Shown here: positions 1 to 11,877 of the stretch, piece after piece
How positions within the stretch are numbered: position 1 is the first letter of the stretch
Layout: each line of letters begins with the position of its first letter
DNA from: Microbotryum violaceum
Lineage: Eukaryota
Direction of reading: 5' to 3'
Assembly (NCBI GenBank): GCA_001244265.2
Contig: CDLV01000008.1
Coordinates: 2,046,001-2,110,000, forward strand
Length of the DNA: 64,000 bases
Notes under the pieces: model-generated
Told to the model about the DNA's origin: nothing
Database searches by the model: none
What the model saw: only the letters and a program-made list of their open reading frames with translations
Made by a program: the position numbers and the translations under genes

Positions 1-32
1 CGTCTTCGCGTCTTCGCGTCTTCGCGTCTTCG
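1..32. repeat. (CGTCTTCG)x4 microsatellite, probably intronic, truncated by the window edge
   Basis: Four perfect 8-bp units at the window start. Confidence 0.9.
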
Positions 33-51
33 CCACGCCCATCGCTCGCAG

Positions 52-979
52 AGCCCAGGCCTGCGCCTGAAAGAGGAGCTTAGCAGCAGGATCCCCTACT
101 CGCTCAATCTCCACAAGTTCCTCGCGTCGCCCGACCCCCAACTCGACATCGACGTTGAATATGTCACGTTTGCGGGTACCAGGGGGCAGGAGGAGCCGAT
201 GCAAGCTCTCTTTGACCAACTCAATGCTGTTGTGAGTTCGGTCGCTCTTCATACAGGGAAGTGATGTGACGCATCTTACTGATATTTTCCAGTTCGTGCA
301 TCAGGGTCAAGCGGTTCGGGGTCAAGCGTTTCGACGTGTCGGCACTAGTGAGGTTCTGAGCGTGCCCGTTTCGACGTCGGAAGAGCCACTTACCTCACAT
401 GGAGCAAGCACCCAATGCAGTGACGTTGTTCACTTTTGCTTCCACCGACCACATCGAGACGGTATGGAAGATGACAAACGAAGAATGGTACCGAGAGAAG
501 GCACGATTGGGTCGGATGCGGGTCGGCATCCGACCCATTCATCCGACCCATTGTCGGCGAATTAACCAGGTCCTCGCTCCGGGAAAGACGAAAGGCAGGC
601 ACAAGGCAGGCGCCGCCGCTCGGCAGATATTCCGCCGATTCTATCCCATCAAGTCGACAATCGCCCTTCGAGGGTTCGTCTATGCTTTCACACTAGCCGA
701 GGATGGCTTCCGAGTCCTGTTCCACATTCCGGGCGGGATCATGCAAACAAACGAGTTCAATTGTTCGCGGCCCGAAGTATCAAGCTCCTCCTTCGGTTCC
801 CTGTCCGACTTGTTATCGACACTGAACTCAACCTCGGTGCAATCATCTCGGGCGCCGCTTATCCGCTCACGGTCAACACTCTGCCGCCGATCATCAGCGT
901 CCTACCTCAGCGGAATCGGCCGCGAACGTTCGACATGAAGCTCGTCTTTGGGAACCGATCTACCGCAACGACGCGATGA
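52..979 (+). pseudogene. Decayed intron-containing gene, probably the N-terminal part of a fungal-type protein kinase (FunK1/Pkinase_fungal-like); its 3' part forms the left arm of a long inverted repeat
   Basis: Exon 52-231 (SPGLRLKEE...DQLNAV) and GTGAGT...ACTGAT...CAG intron 232-292. Downstream frames give RQIFRRF...RGFVYAFTLAEDGFRVLFHIPGGIMQTNEF...LLRFPVRLVIDTELNLG...LVFGNRST, resembling the FunK1 R-FV-GFTL...R-W-FDRSG...LG...GR-T region. Frameshifted, with no catalytic kinase motifs present. Confidence 0.4.
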
Positions 980-1346
980 CTGGAAGCCGAGCGGTATATT
1001 ACCCTGGTCTCTGGCGATTGACCTACCGCAACGACAGCTGCAGGGTAATGAACCGCTCGGCTTCCAGTCATCGCGTCGTTGCGGTAGGTCGGTTCCCAAA
1101 GACGAGCTTCATGACGAACATTCGCGGCCGATTCCGCTGAGGTAGGGCGCTGATAGATGATCGGCGGCAGAGTGTTGACCGTGAGCGGATAAGCGGCGCC
1201 CGAGATAATTGCACCGAGGTTGAGTTCAGTGTCGACAACAAGTCGGACAGGGAACCGAAGGAGCTTGAAGCCTTCGGGCCGCGAACAATTGAACTCGTTC
1301 GTTTGCATGATCCGCCCGGCATGTGGCACAGTCGGACTTCGAAGCC
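705..1346. repeat. Long imperfect inverted repeat (arms 705-1006 and 1041-1346, 34-nt spacer); candidate hairpin RNA
   Basis: The reverse complement of 1041-1346 aligns to 705-1006 with scattered substitutions and small indels. The ORF track shows near-identical peptides on opposite strands (e.g. 902..1099- and 948..1145+). Confidence 0.97.
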
Positions 1347-1405
1347 GACTGACACATCTTCTGTCCCTCGTCTCCGCACTGGAGTAAATACCTCAAATAC
1401 ACCTC

Positions 1406-1591
1406 CTTATATAGGGGTACGGTACCTGGTACCGCCTCTTGCCGGATATCTTTGCCAGCTCTATCTCGATTGAAAGACGCTTGACCTTTTTTTCATGCTT
1501 TGCGAAGGTCAGACATGGTCGACACGTCGGGGCAGGCGGGGCTCGGTGCCTATTCTCCGATTGGTCGATTGGTCGATTGGTGGGGGCGGGG
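1406..1591 (-). promoter_or_regulatory. Putative Pol II promoter facing the hairpin: TATA box, three CCAAT boxes and a GC box
   Basis: TATATAAG on the minus strand at 1406-1413. CCAAT on the minus strand at 1560-1564, 1568-1572 and 1576-1580, followed by GGGGGCGGGG. Confidence 0.55.
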
Positions 1592-2064
1592 CCCGGCGAG
1601 GGCTTGGTTGACCGCGGCCCCCCGACCTCTCAAGCGCAATCCATCGCCCTAACGTCGCTCGGACGTCAACACCAGATTGATCATCCTCCGGTCCTCAATC
1701 GCGATGTCAAAGAGCGTGTGCAAGGCGTGTGCAAGGCGTGTGCAAGGGAACGAATAGTACCATCTGCTCCCCAAGCTGCTTCAATTTCGTTCTCTCGCAA
1801 CCTAAGGAGCATTCCCGAGCTGGACCGTGATGCCGGCTTCATGAAGGTCCAACATCATGGCACTGTCAAGGCTCGAAGGCCTCCCTTTGCGACTCGCTCC
1901 GTCATCGCATAATTTAGGACAACGAGATCCCTTGCAACCAGGTAGAGAGGGGTACTACAAGAAGCACTTCTTGATGGCATACTAAGTCCGATCAAGCCGG
2001 ACAGTCGGACCGAGGTCGAGCTCGAGCTCGAGCATCCAATAGTTGGGTCGTTCGCCCGAACCGC

Positions 2065-4801
2065 TCAGGCCACGTATCGGAACGCGGGATGACTGTTGGC
2101 CGGTAGCACAAAGACACAGTCAGCTTCTCTCTCGAGACTGCTCTCCAAGCCATCATCTCGGTCACACTCACTCTTCAGCGAGCTCGTTCAGTGCCTCTTG
2201 CGGCATCTCCTCGAGTCCCCAAACCTTGATCCTGGCCTGCTGTTCCTCGGGCGACAACTGATCAAAGTCCTCGTCGCCATCCTGAGCGGGACCGTACTTG
2301 GCTTCCTTGGCCAAGTTCTCGCTCCTCAAATGAAGCGTCAGACCGAGAGATAGGATCAGAGTCATGAGCGCGAACCCGAGTCCGACGCTGTGGCCTCGGA
2401 TGAAGCGCGGCGAATCTTGCTTGAAGTAAACGAGAGAGGAGACGATACCACCGGCGCTGTGTAGGGAAGTCGCCGGGATGTTCAACATCTACTGTAACGT
2501 GCGCTGAAAGCTGCGCCTGGCACTCACTTTCCGACACTGAAGAACAGGCCCATGGCTGCGGAGCGCTTCGTTCGATTCGGATAGTTGTTGCCCTATGATT
2601 GAAAGAAACATCATCTTGATATCAGCTTCGGCAAACTTTAGCAATGGTGTGAGTGTGTGTAGACTCACGATCCAAGAGATGGAGTTGGAGATCTGAGTAA
2701 TTCAAGGGTCAAAAAGATTCGTCAGTTGCCGTAGCACCGCCTCGAATAAAGATAGCCCCCTCACAACCCAGTCTGAACTCACGCAGGGGCAAAGTCCTCC
2801 GACGCAGAGGAAGAGAGCGAAGTACGCAACCTTGGGGTCCGTCCTCGGGTCACGCGCGAGCAAGATGATGAATCCGATCGAGGCCAAAGAAATCCAAACC
2901 ACGTTGAACAAGCCGCGATGGCCGAGTCGGTCAGAGTAGAGCGCGCCTGAATAAGGATAGGAGTGACCCGCAGCCGATTCGATCGCTGATCAGCAGGGGC
3001 GACTTGAGGGCTCTAAAAAAGCGCGCCTATGCTTACTGAAGAGAGTCGTTGCGAAACCCAGGAAGAAAGGTGGGGTCGACATGAGCTGACTTTGAGACAG
3101 GCTAAACGTGCCAAGCGCCGCGACAATGGTCGGGATAAAGAGCGCGATAGAGTAGAATGGCTCGGCAACTCCCTGAGGAAGAGCAAGGTCCGAGGGGATC
3201 AGAGCTATTCGCAAACGATTGCAAGTAAATTCCAGAAGTTAGATTCGTCCAGACTCACAATGTAGATCAAGGTGAAGCAGTACGTCTTCCAGTCCGTGAA
3301 CGCGGCTCTGACTTGCGACCAAGCGAACTCGGTTTGCGACGATGGACCCCGGTCGGCCTTGAGACGGCGGAGCACCTCTTGTTGTTCATCCTGGGTCAGG
3401 AAATTGGCCTCTTCCGGGAAGTCCGTCATGACAAAGGGTGCGACACAAGCGACGAGGAATGTCACAATACCCTCAATCTGATTGAGATTTGTTACGCCGA
3501 GGTGAGCAAAGTGCGTCGGTCGCGACCCACGGACAGTAGCTGAAGTGTACGCACAATGAAGATCCATCGCCACCCGGCCAGACCACCCAGACCGTTCATC
3601 ATCGACAAGCCATGCCTAATAAGAAGAAGATGTAATCAGCACGCGTACGATTCCGAATATCCAAGAACGAAGATGCAGTAAGGATCTCACGCAATCAAGC
3701 CACCGAAAGCACCCGCGAGCGTCGCAGCCGAGAAGAAGAAACTGATGCGGATGTTCTGCTCCTTCCTCTTGTACCACGAGGTGAGATAGAAGCAAGCGGC
3801 AGGGAATAAAGGCGCCTCCGCGAAACCGAGGAAGAAGCGAGCGGTGGTGAGGCCGGTGAAATTGGTGACCAGACCCATCAAGGTCATGACGACACCCCAG
3901 ATTATCATCGCTGCGGGAAGGAATCGGGAGGGTCTCAAGCGGCGGACAAAGATGACCGCGGGCGTTTCAAAGAAGACACTGTGGATAAGTGGCCAGATTA
4001 GAAACGGAAACCTCATTTGTAATAATCCTAAGGGAGCTGTAATCGTTGAGGGCGCTTACTAGGAAGTAAAGAAGACCAGGAGAGCGATGGAGAACTGGTT
4101 GCCCTTGAGGTGAAGATCCTTTTCGAGTCCGTTCACTGCCCGTGATCAAGCCGAGAGATGATAGGCAGGGTAAGTCCATGGTCCTTCCACTTCACCCGAG
4201 AGGCGGAAAGCTCAAATGAAAAGGGCCTACGTCGAGCTTGTCCGCTGATAGTGCGGAATCGTACCGCAACGAGGGAAAACTCGTCAGCCGTCAGCCGTCA
4301 GCCGAAACAGGAACGAAGGCCAGGATGAGGGCTCACATGTTGACGCGATCCAAAAATGACATCAAATATAAGAGCCTGCGCCATCATTCCCAAAATTTAG
4401 CACTATGTCCCAACCCGAATTCCGGCGCAACCACACACCGACGAAGCGGTGTTGGAGGGATGCCGACCGTAACCTCCGAGGCGAAGCGAGGCGATTCCTC
4501 CTTCGGGCACCGCTGTCGCGTCAAGCTGTCGTCGAACTCACGAGAGGAAAGGTACAACCTTCCAATCGATCTGAGTGAGGGTCCAACGTTCGAAGGAGTC
4601 AGTCATAATATACACATCCCAACACGCTGCTACCGGGTCACCCACCTTGCGTAGTAGTCGTTGTTCGGCCGCCTTGGAGAAAGGCACGCCAGGTCCGGCG
4701 ACAGCGATCTCCGAGGCCTTCTCATCATCTTCGACACCGGAACCGGCGTGGCTGCCATTCATGGAGGCGCGATGTTGCAGGACAGGTTGTAAGTTCGACA
4801 T
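2065..4801 (-). CDS. MFS transporter, anion:cation symporter (allantoate/nicotinate permease, Dal5/Tna1-like) family; multi-exon
   Basis: Exons encode EQRLLRK-IDWKVVPFLS-LLYLMSFLDRVNI, ARFFLGFAEAPLFPAACFYLTSWYKRKEQNIRISFFFSAATLAGAFGGLIA, IEGIVTFLVA...DFPEEANFLT, AFTDWKTY, YSIALFIPTIV, DSPRFIRGH and the C-terminal HPAFRYVA*. Confidence 0.93.
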
Positions 4802-5525
4802 GGCAATAGTAGAGCACCGACCGGCGGTAGTGGAAAGTTAAGTGTGTCAAAGGTCAAGAAGACGAAGAAGAAGACAAGTCCAAGACGTGTTGGCAATGAA
4901 GAGAAAAGTCGATGCCCCCGACTCGGCACCCTCTCATTCGATTTTGGGCCTGCATTTGGACCTGATTCGGTCACCAGTGCCTCGGAACCCGTCGCAGCGC
5001 CATTCTCGCGCACCTTCCCGTTCGAGACATCAATTGGCCTGGAACGCACTGCCAAAAGAAACCCTACCTGGAGCGTTAGGGGGCGCTGTCACAAGTGTAG
5101 GATGTTCTGCTGGTGATGCTCACAAGATGTCGAACTGTGGCCGGGTGCTGAGCTAGCTCGTGCGACGTTTCGTCAGCCCTCGCCGTCGGTCGGACCTAGG
5201 GGCATGTTTTTTTTTGTCCAAACCTGGCCGAAGCACACTGAATCTGACGATCTCTTTCATCTCGCAAGATGTCGTATACTCAAGCTCATGGACTGCAGCG
5301 TGGTCTAGTAGTGTGGTAGAGTCAGAATCGCAGACTGTGCCGAGTGAAGGCCCGTGCGCGCGGTCAAAGCATCGTTGTTCTCGAGTTATCGCGATAGAAT
5401 GGAAGGGTGAACAGCTTAGATTGATCTACGCCACTGAATACGGAGCACATCAAATTGATTACATATGGAGTACAGCCTCTACGCATTTCCCAGAACGATA
5501 GGTAACCTCAAACGGCTACGAACGC

Positions 5526-8298
5526 CTACAACTTGCTCCCCTTGGACTGACCCATCTCGGGCCCGACCTCCAGCTCCGTTTCATGGATGTTGACGTTGAA
5601 GCGCGTCTTGTTGAGCGGCTCGGCCTGGGCGAAGCGGACGATCGCGGGATAGACGTCACCATCGTAGCGACCGAGGGCCGAGTTGAGTTGGTAGTCCGGG
5701 ATACCCCACGAGTCAACGAGAGGGACGGCTTGCGGTCGCAGATCGGCCAGGAGCGCGTGGACGCGGTTGCGCAACAACTCGTGTTGCTTGGGCGAGATGT
5801 AGCCCGAAGACAGGAACTCGGCGGCTGCGAGGGAAAGGCAAGGAGAGAATGCGTCAGCGACATAGCGCATTCAAAGTCGTGCGGCAATGCGATGCGAATC
5901 CCTGGAAAAAAAGTCTCACCCTCCGAATCCATGGTGTAAGTCGCAAACAACTCGAAGCAAGTCGTCATGATGCGAAGCAAAGCAGGTTGGCTCTGCAAGT
6001 CCTTGTCGGTCTTGATCGCCCTGGCAAAGTTGTACACGAGCACGAACTGCGAGTGCGCGACTGACATCCTGAAAATGTCAATCAGGAGCGAGTTCCACGT
6101 TCTCCGCTCAATGTCGCGCTTGCGCAAAGCCGTGGCGGTCAAGTAAGCTGCTCGGTGACCAAACGCCTGGATGAAGAATTCGGGGTCGGCAAGATCACCG
6201 GCGTACTTGGCCGACGCCTTGGCCTCGGGGTCCGAGATGTAGCGGAGGATGTAGTCGCGCGTTCGGTTCTCGGACGACATCGGGGCGTCGCGGTCGGCCA
6301 AGAGGACGCGGAAAGTCTTGAAGAGGTAGCGACCGACTTGCTGCGTCAACATGTATGAATCACCTTCCCACGTGACCTGGGGCAGGTAGTCCGCGTAGAA
6401 TGACGCCAAGCCACCGGAAAGCGAGAAACCGTGACCACCGCATGCTCGTCGGCACTCTTCGATCGCCCCCGAGGCCATGATGGTGCACAGACTCTTAAGT
6501 CCCGAACTCGAGGCGTGGACGTCGGCCAATCGCGAAAAGTCACCGTCGGCCATCGCGGTCTGGTTTTCTTCGTACAGGCGGAACATCTCCTTGCCCGTGT
6601 AGTGGCACGCGAAGGCTTGTACGAGCGGCGGGAAGATGCGGTGTTGAACAAGCTGGTAGTTGAGCACCTGGGTCTCGGCGGGCTTGTTGCCGTCCAAGAC
6701 GGGGGCGTCTCGATCAGCGAACTGGCGACGGACGGCGCAGTATCGGATGGCAATCGTGGCGGATCGGGCGAGCACCATACGTGCTTGTTGAACACTGCGG
6801 ACATGCGATTACCGTCAGCAACTTGGTACGCTAGGTCAAAACGGGCGCTCGGGTCTGCTCACATGTTGGCGCGGATGTAGGTCATCGTTCCGTAGCTCAA
6901 GCGGGCGTTGACGGGCTTTTCAAACTTCCCCGTCTCGATATCGACCTTGGCCCATCGGGCGAGGAAGTTGATATGCGGGATTTCGACGTTGTCGAGGAGC
7001 ATCGCACCGTTGTCGGTCATGGCGTAACCGGCCTTGGGTCCGATATCCATGATTGTGCGTCCGGGGAGGAGTTCGCGGGTTTTGACGTCGCGCAAGGGGA
7101 CGACGAAGGGGTAAGGGCCTCGCTTGACGAGCTTGCCATCTCGTCCGTCGGGGGTGTGCAACTGAGCCATGACCACGGCATGGTCGGCCGTACGCCCGAG
7201 ACCTCCGATCCACCTGAAGCGAGAGAAATCGTGCGCAAAAGACTCGATCTTTCAATTCGAGAATCCGGGCGAAACGGGTGACCGTTGCAGATCACAACAA
7301 GACTGACCACTTCATGGCGGTCAAGGACGGCGATTGCAGCTTGAAGGTCTTGGACTCGGGCTGGTAGACCGCAATTGTCTCGAGACCTTGGACGTTCGAT
7401 CCGTGGCCCAACTCGGTTTGAGCATAGCAGCCTGTCGAATGAGAACACCGGTTCCAGAAATCAGCCTCGAGCAAAGCAGGAGATAGCCGAGGTGTTCTTC
7501 AGGGTACGCACCAATGATTTCAAAATTCTTGGCGGGCTCGTAGAAGAGCTTTAGCTGCTCTTCGTTCGATTGTTCAGCCAAAGTCTTGAGGAACATGGAC
7601 CTGTAAGAGCCGGCGAAGAAGGTGCGGTCAGTTTCTAGTTGCTCGGGCGCCTGTTCCTCGTTCCTCTTCGATCGAACCGGCCGCGGACCGTGGCGAGGCA
7701 ATCGCCACCGGCTAGCCCGAACCCAGTCCCACCACTCCGCCAAAACGACTGCGCCGCTCACTGCTGGATCCAAGAAACTCACTTGTGCAACCCGAAAGCA
7801 GCGGGCCAATCCAACATATCCTCGGCAAGGGCGTGGTCCTTGGCGGACCAGTCCAACTCGGTGAGCAACTGCGCGAGACGCTTCTCCTTGGCGAGACCGG
7901 CCTTGAACTTGTCCGTTCGGGACATGAAGTGGATCCGTGACTTGTCGAACGCGGGCTGAAGGGTGGGATGAAGTGCGATTCGAGTCAATCACTGGGATAT
8001 GATGAGTCGATGTGCAGGAGGACTGGGATCGGGCCGTTGCAACCTCCAACGATCGACCAGCGAACCCTTGCCGCTAGCGCTGCAGAGTCACCAAAGTGGA
8101 CAAACTGACCTCATTCTCAAGTACGGCCAAGATCCTCTTGACCCTCTCCAAATGCTCCTTGCCATGGAGGTACAGGGTCAGGTCGTCCGAGCTGAAACTC
8201 GCCTTGGCGCGTTCGATCTCGAGCAGCCGTGAGCCGGGCGTGCCCGCCGGTTTGCTCAGGTGCGCTGGGATCTCGATGTACTTGACGCCGGGATCCAT
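5526..8298 (-). CDS. POX1: Peroxisomal acyl-CoA oxidase; multi-exon
   Basis: LEIERAKASF, GLH-SMF, GCYAQTELGHGSNVQGLET, KWWIGGLG, DIGPKAGYAMTDNG, TIAIRYCAVRRQF, EECRRACGGHGF, QVTWEGDSYML, LNSALGRYDGDVY; ends in the PTS1 signal SKL*. Confidence 0.96.
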
Positions 8299-8865
8299 CG
8301 TTGGGGGAAAGTTAGGAGTGCGATGGTGAGAAAGAGGTTGATGGCCCAAAGGGGAAGGGCGTGGGGAATTTAAGGATCCGGTAGAAATCGTTGGTGGCAA
8401 AGGTGTACGGGAGAGAAAAAAAGAACACAACCCACGTCCACTTCTGGGCTTTCGGACTCGACGATCGCCTCGGGTTCGGCCCGGGAGCGTGATACCCGGT
8501 CCGCTCGGTCACTGCAGCGCCCGGAGTTCGCCTGGGGCCGCGCCTTCCGGGTGCGTCGGGCACGGTCCCGATTTGAGCGCGCGCGAAAGGCTGCGAAACG
8601 TCAATGCGTAATGTTGCAAACAACGATTTAGCCAGTATCACAGTCACTCTATTTGCGAGATTATCATGTCGCGGCTCTAGTACAATTCTCTCATCTCGAG
8701 AGACGATGGCCAGGGCACCCGTCGACGCGTAGTCATCAGATGGAGTGGGCCGCCGCTCGTGTCTGATGGCCTATAGATCCGCCACCGTGACGTCCTCCAT
8801 GCTATTGCAAGACCACGCCGGACCACAGCAAAAATGCCCAATAAACCACAGGTTCTAGTTCGCTC

Positions 8866-11800
8866 TCAAATAGGACTCCTCAAGACCTCCACCTGATTCC
8901 TCAACTTTTCACTCCGAGTCCCGATCCCGCTATTTGTCGGAGAAGTTCCGAAATGGTTAGGAGGGAGGGGACTCCAGGAAGGCGAGGAGGACAGGTTTGT
9001 ATTGATTTGTTGGGGTTGGGATGAGTTTTCCCAGGGGTGTCTCCGAGTATGGTTGAGAGGCGAGGAGGATAGGGACCGTTTGCGCTCGAGACGTTCGGAA
9101 ATGACCTGGGTTCGTCAACAAGTTCGTCAGCAAACGCTTGTTAAGGCGCAAGCCACCCGGAAATAAAATAATGCCTCACCACTTCTTTCTCCAACCTTTC
9201 AACCAACCGATCTACCTCCCCTTGGTCCTTCCCCTTCCTCCATTCATCCAAATCTGCATTTTCGACCTTCTCCAACCACCGACTCTTGACCGCTTCACCC
9301 GTTAAATCCGCACGATGGTGCAACCAACTCGCAAAATTCGGACTCGTTAAGAAGCGCGAATAGAAGCGCTCGATCGCGGAGGAGAGGGTCGAGGTTGTTG
9401 GAGCTCGGAAGGGGAGGGGTGTGCCGTGCGCTTTGAGAGAGGCGAGGAAGGAGGAGGGGGTGAAGGTTGGGAAGGAAGCCGAGGTTGAAGGGATGGAGGA
9501 GATGGTCGAGGAGAGTGATCTCTCATGGGTCGGGCGGAGTGCCGAGCTGCGATTCAAGGCCATGTTAGTCTACAATGTCGGTACCAGGTAGCCTCAAGCG
9601 CAGCTCACCCTTGAGAGGCAGCACTCGGTCCCCCAGCCGACGCAAAGTAACGATTCAGAGGAGCGATAAAGCTCTCCGTCAGCGCCGCGAGATGCTTGAA
9701 AATCAAAGCATCACACGTCACGTAATCGCCGCCTTTGAACGCCGTTTCGACTGCTTTAGCAACGACGGGGTCCTTTTTGACGTGCCGCTTGCGCGTCGAA
9801 GTTAAACCGATGGTCGCAATTGATGTGGATTCGGTCTTGCCGATGTGTGTCCGAAGGATGTGGGCTCGACTTTTGAGTTGGGTCAAAATGAGTGGGTTGG
9901 TAGAGGAGAGGATGGATCCTGGTATTGGCTGTGAATACAAACCTTGACAGAGTCAATTCGACTCCCGCACCTCAGATTTGATCCACGTTGTCGAACCCTT
10001 ACCTTGCCAGGACTCGCGATCCGAGCAAAGTCCGTATCGTGAATATGAAAATAGGGTCGATAATCCCCCGCAAACAAAATGGGGCGAATGAGATTCTTTA
10101 GATGATGTACAAGCTCGGAGCCGGTGCGTGGATCCGAGGTCGAGATGAGGATGGGGTCGCCGAGAAGGACGAGTTCCCAGAGCAAGAGAATCTTGGAGAA
10201 CGATAGTGTGTCATGCAATGCGACTGATAACGGTGTGAGAGGGGATGATGCAGGGATCTGGTGAACAATCAATACGAAGTCGATGTTAATTTGATCCAGG
10301 AATAGGTTCGACCTGTGCTGCGCCTTACTATAGGTACAGGGCCGCCAACACTGGGCGACTTGAGTTGCGGAACCTTGCCCGATATCGAGGCTAGAGGTTT
10401 GAGCCATTGGGGCTGCGAGTCGATCGGTATCGAGACCGAGTGTACGACACCGAGGAAAGGGTAGTCGAGAGTGGCGCCGGGTAGGAGATCTGGCCTGTAC
10501 GTAGGAGCGCGTGTCAGCAAGCGACTCGAACCAGGGTCTCGAGCCACTGACGCACCAGGAAGCGATATTGTAGCAGGCAGTCTCGACCATACCACCTCCC
10601 TGGGAGCTGTGCTTGAAGTGGAGTGGTCCGAGGGTCGCTATGGTGATCGAAAAGAGACCGACGAGCGAAGGGCGATGTGTGATCTGTGCGAGCGCAGATA
10701 CGGTTATTCTATTCAGTCAGACCTTCTTAAGGCTCAGGAGACTCGAATGAGCACGTACAAGAACTAGAGATTGCTGCGTGTAACCTCTCCGTACCGTATC
10801 ATTCTGGGAAAAGGTCAACCTTCGTTCAGCTCGAGATCTTTGTTGCTTAAACCGTGTCGTAGTGCGCTCCGCACCTTTTCCTGAAGAAAGTAGACGAAAC
10901 CGTGCAAATGCCCATCGGATCTCGATCCCAGGTCGCCGGCACCCTGATCGTCTTCCTGTGCAGAATCCTGATCCTGGCCGACCTCGCTACTCATTCGACC
11001 ACTACCCAAGGTCGATCTCGACGTCGTCGCCTCCGTGTGCATCAAAGTGGCCAAGAAAGGGTCGTCGTCGATTTGATCGCCGTTGGCACTCGCATTGCCG
11101 CTCGAGACGGACGTGGTCGAGGTCGGACGCCGGGGTATTGGTATTCTCCAGGAGAAGGTGTGAGCGCCTGCGGTGGGTAGTTGATCCTCGCCTTCGGGGA
11201 GGGAGGAGAAGGCGATGTTGGATCGCAGTGACTTGGGGAACCGCGTTGGGGGATACACCTCGCTCAGCGCGGGCTAGCAGGGCCGAACGTGGGGGCGGCG
11301 TGACGACGTCAAGTCAGCTCGATCCACTCTCCGGGGGCTTGAACAGCGACGACAGCTCGGAAAGACTCACGCCCAAGTCGATATCAAACTCGACGATGGC
11401 AAAACACAGGATGTACCTGCGTAGCCGGTGCAGTATCCGTGCATCCATCGCCACTTCCGGAAAAGGGGACGCGCTCCGGTGGGTCGTGCTCGTCTTTGCC
11501 GGGGACACGTTCGAGGTCGTATTCAGCGATAGATTCGGTTTGCCGTCCAACAAAGGGTACGTAGAGACGGAACGCGGGCGTGGTGTCTCGAGCTCGGTCG
11601 AGGGCGGCGTTGTGCTTCGCCGTGGTGATAGTGCTGCCACTGCTGGTGGACGCGATGACGCCGCTGCTGGTGCGAGGACTCGAGGTGGGGCGGCGCCAGC
11701 GATTCGGCCATTTGACAGGTGGAGCTTGGGCTTCGACTTGACGACCACGTTCGCGTCCGATATTCTTGACGACGAGGCTCTTGGAGGTACTACAGCAGCA

Positions 11801-11877
11801 GAGACACGCAGCGAAGTGGACGACGACGGGACCCCAAAGTCGCTCGCATCCCAAATGTCATCGTCGCTGCTCGCCAT
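8866..11877 (-). CDS. DENND6: DENN-domain Rab GEF, DENND6/FAM116-like; multi-exon
   Basis: CFAIVEFDIDLG, YPP...NIAFSSLPEG, GFVYFLQEK...RRGYTQQSLVL, LWELVLLGDPILI...DYRPYFHIHDTDF, HLAALTESFIAPLNRYF, FYSRFLTSPNFASWL. Confidence 0.85.

Noticed and set aside
2065-8298. MFS transporter plus acyl-CoA oxidase as a metabolic gene cluster
   Set aside because: Only adjacency supports it; there are no further pathway genes or shared regulatory motif.
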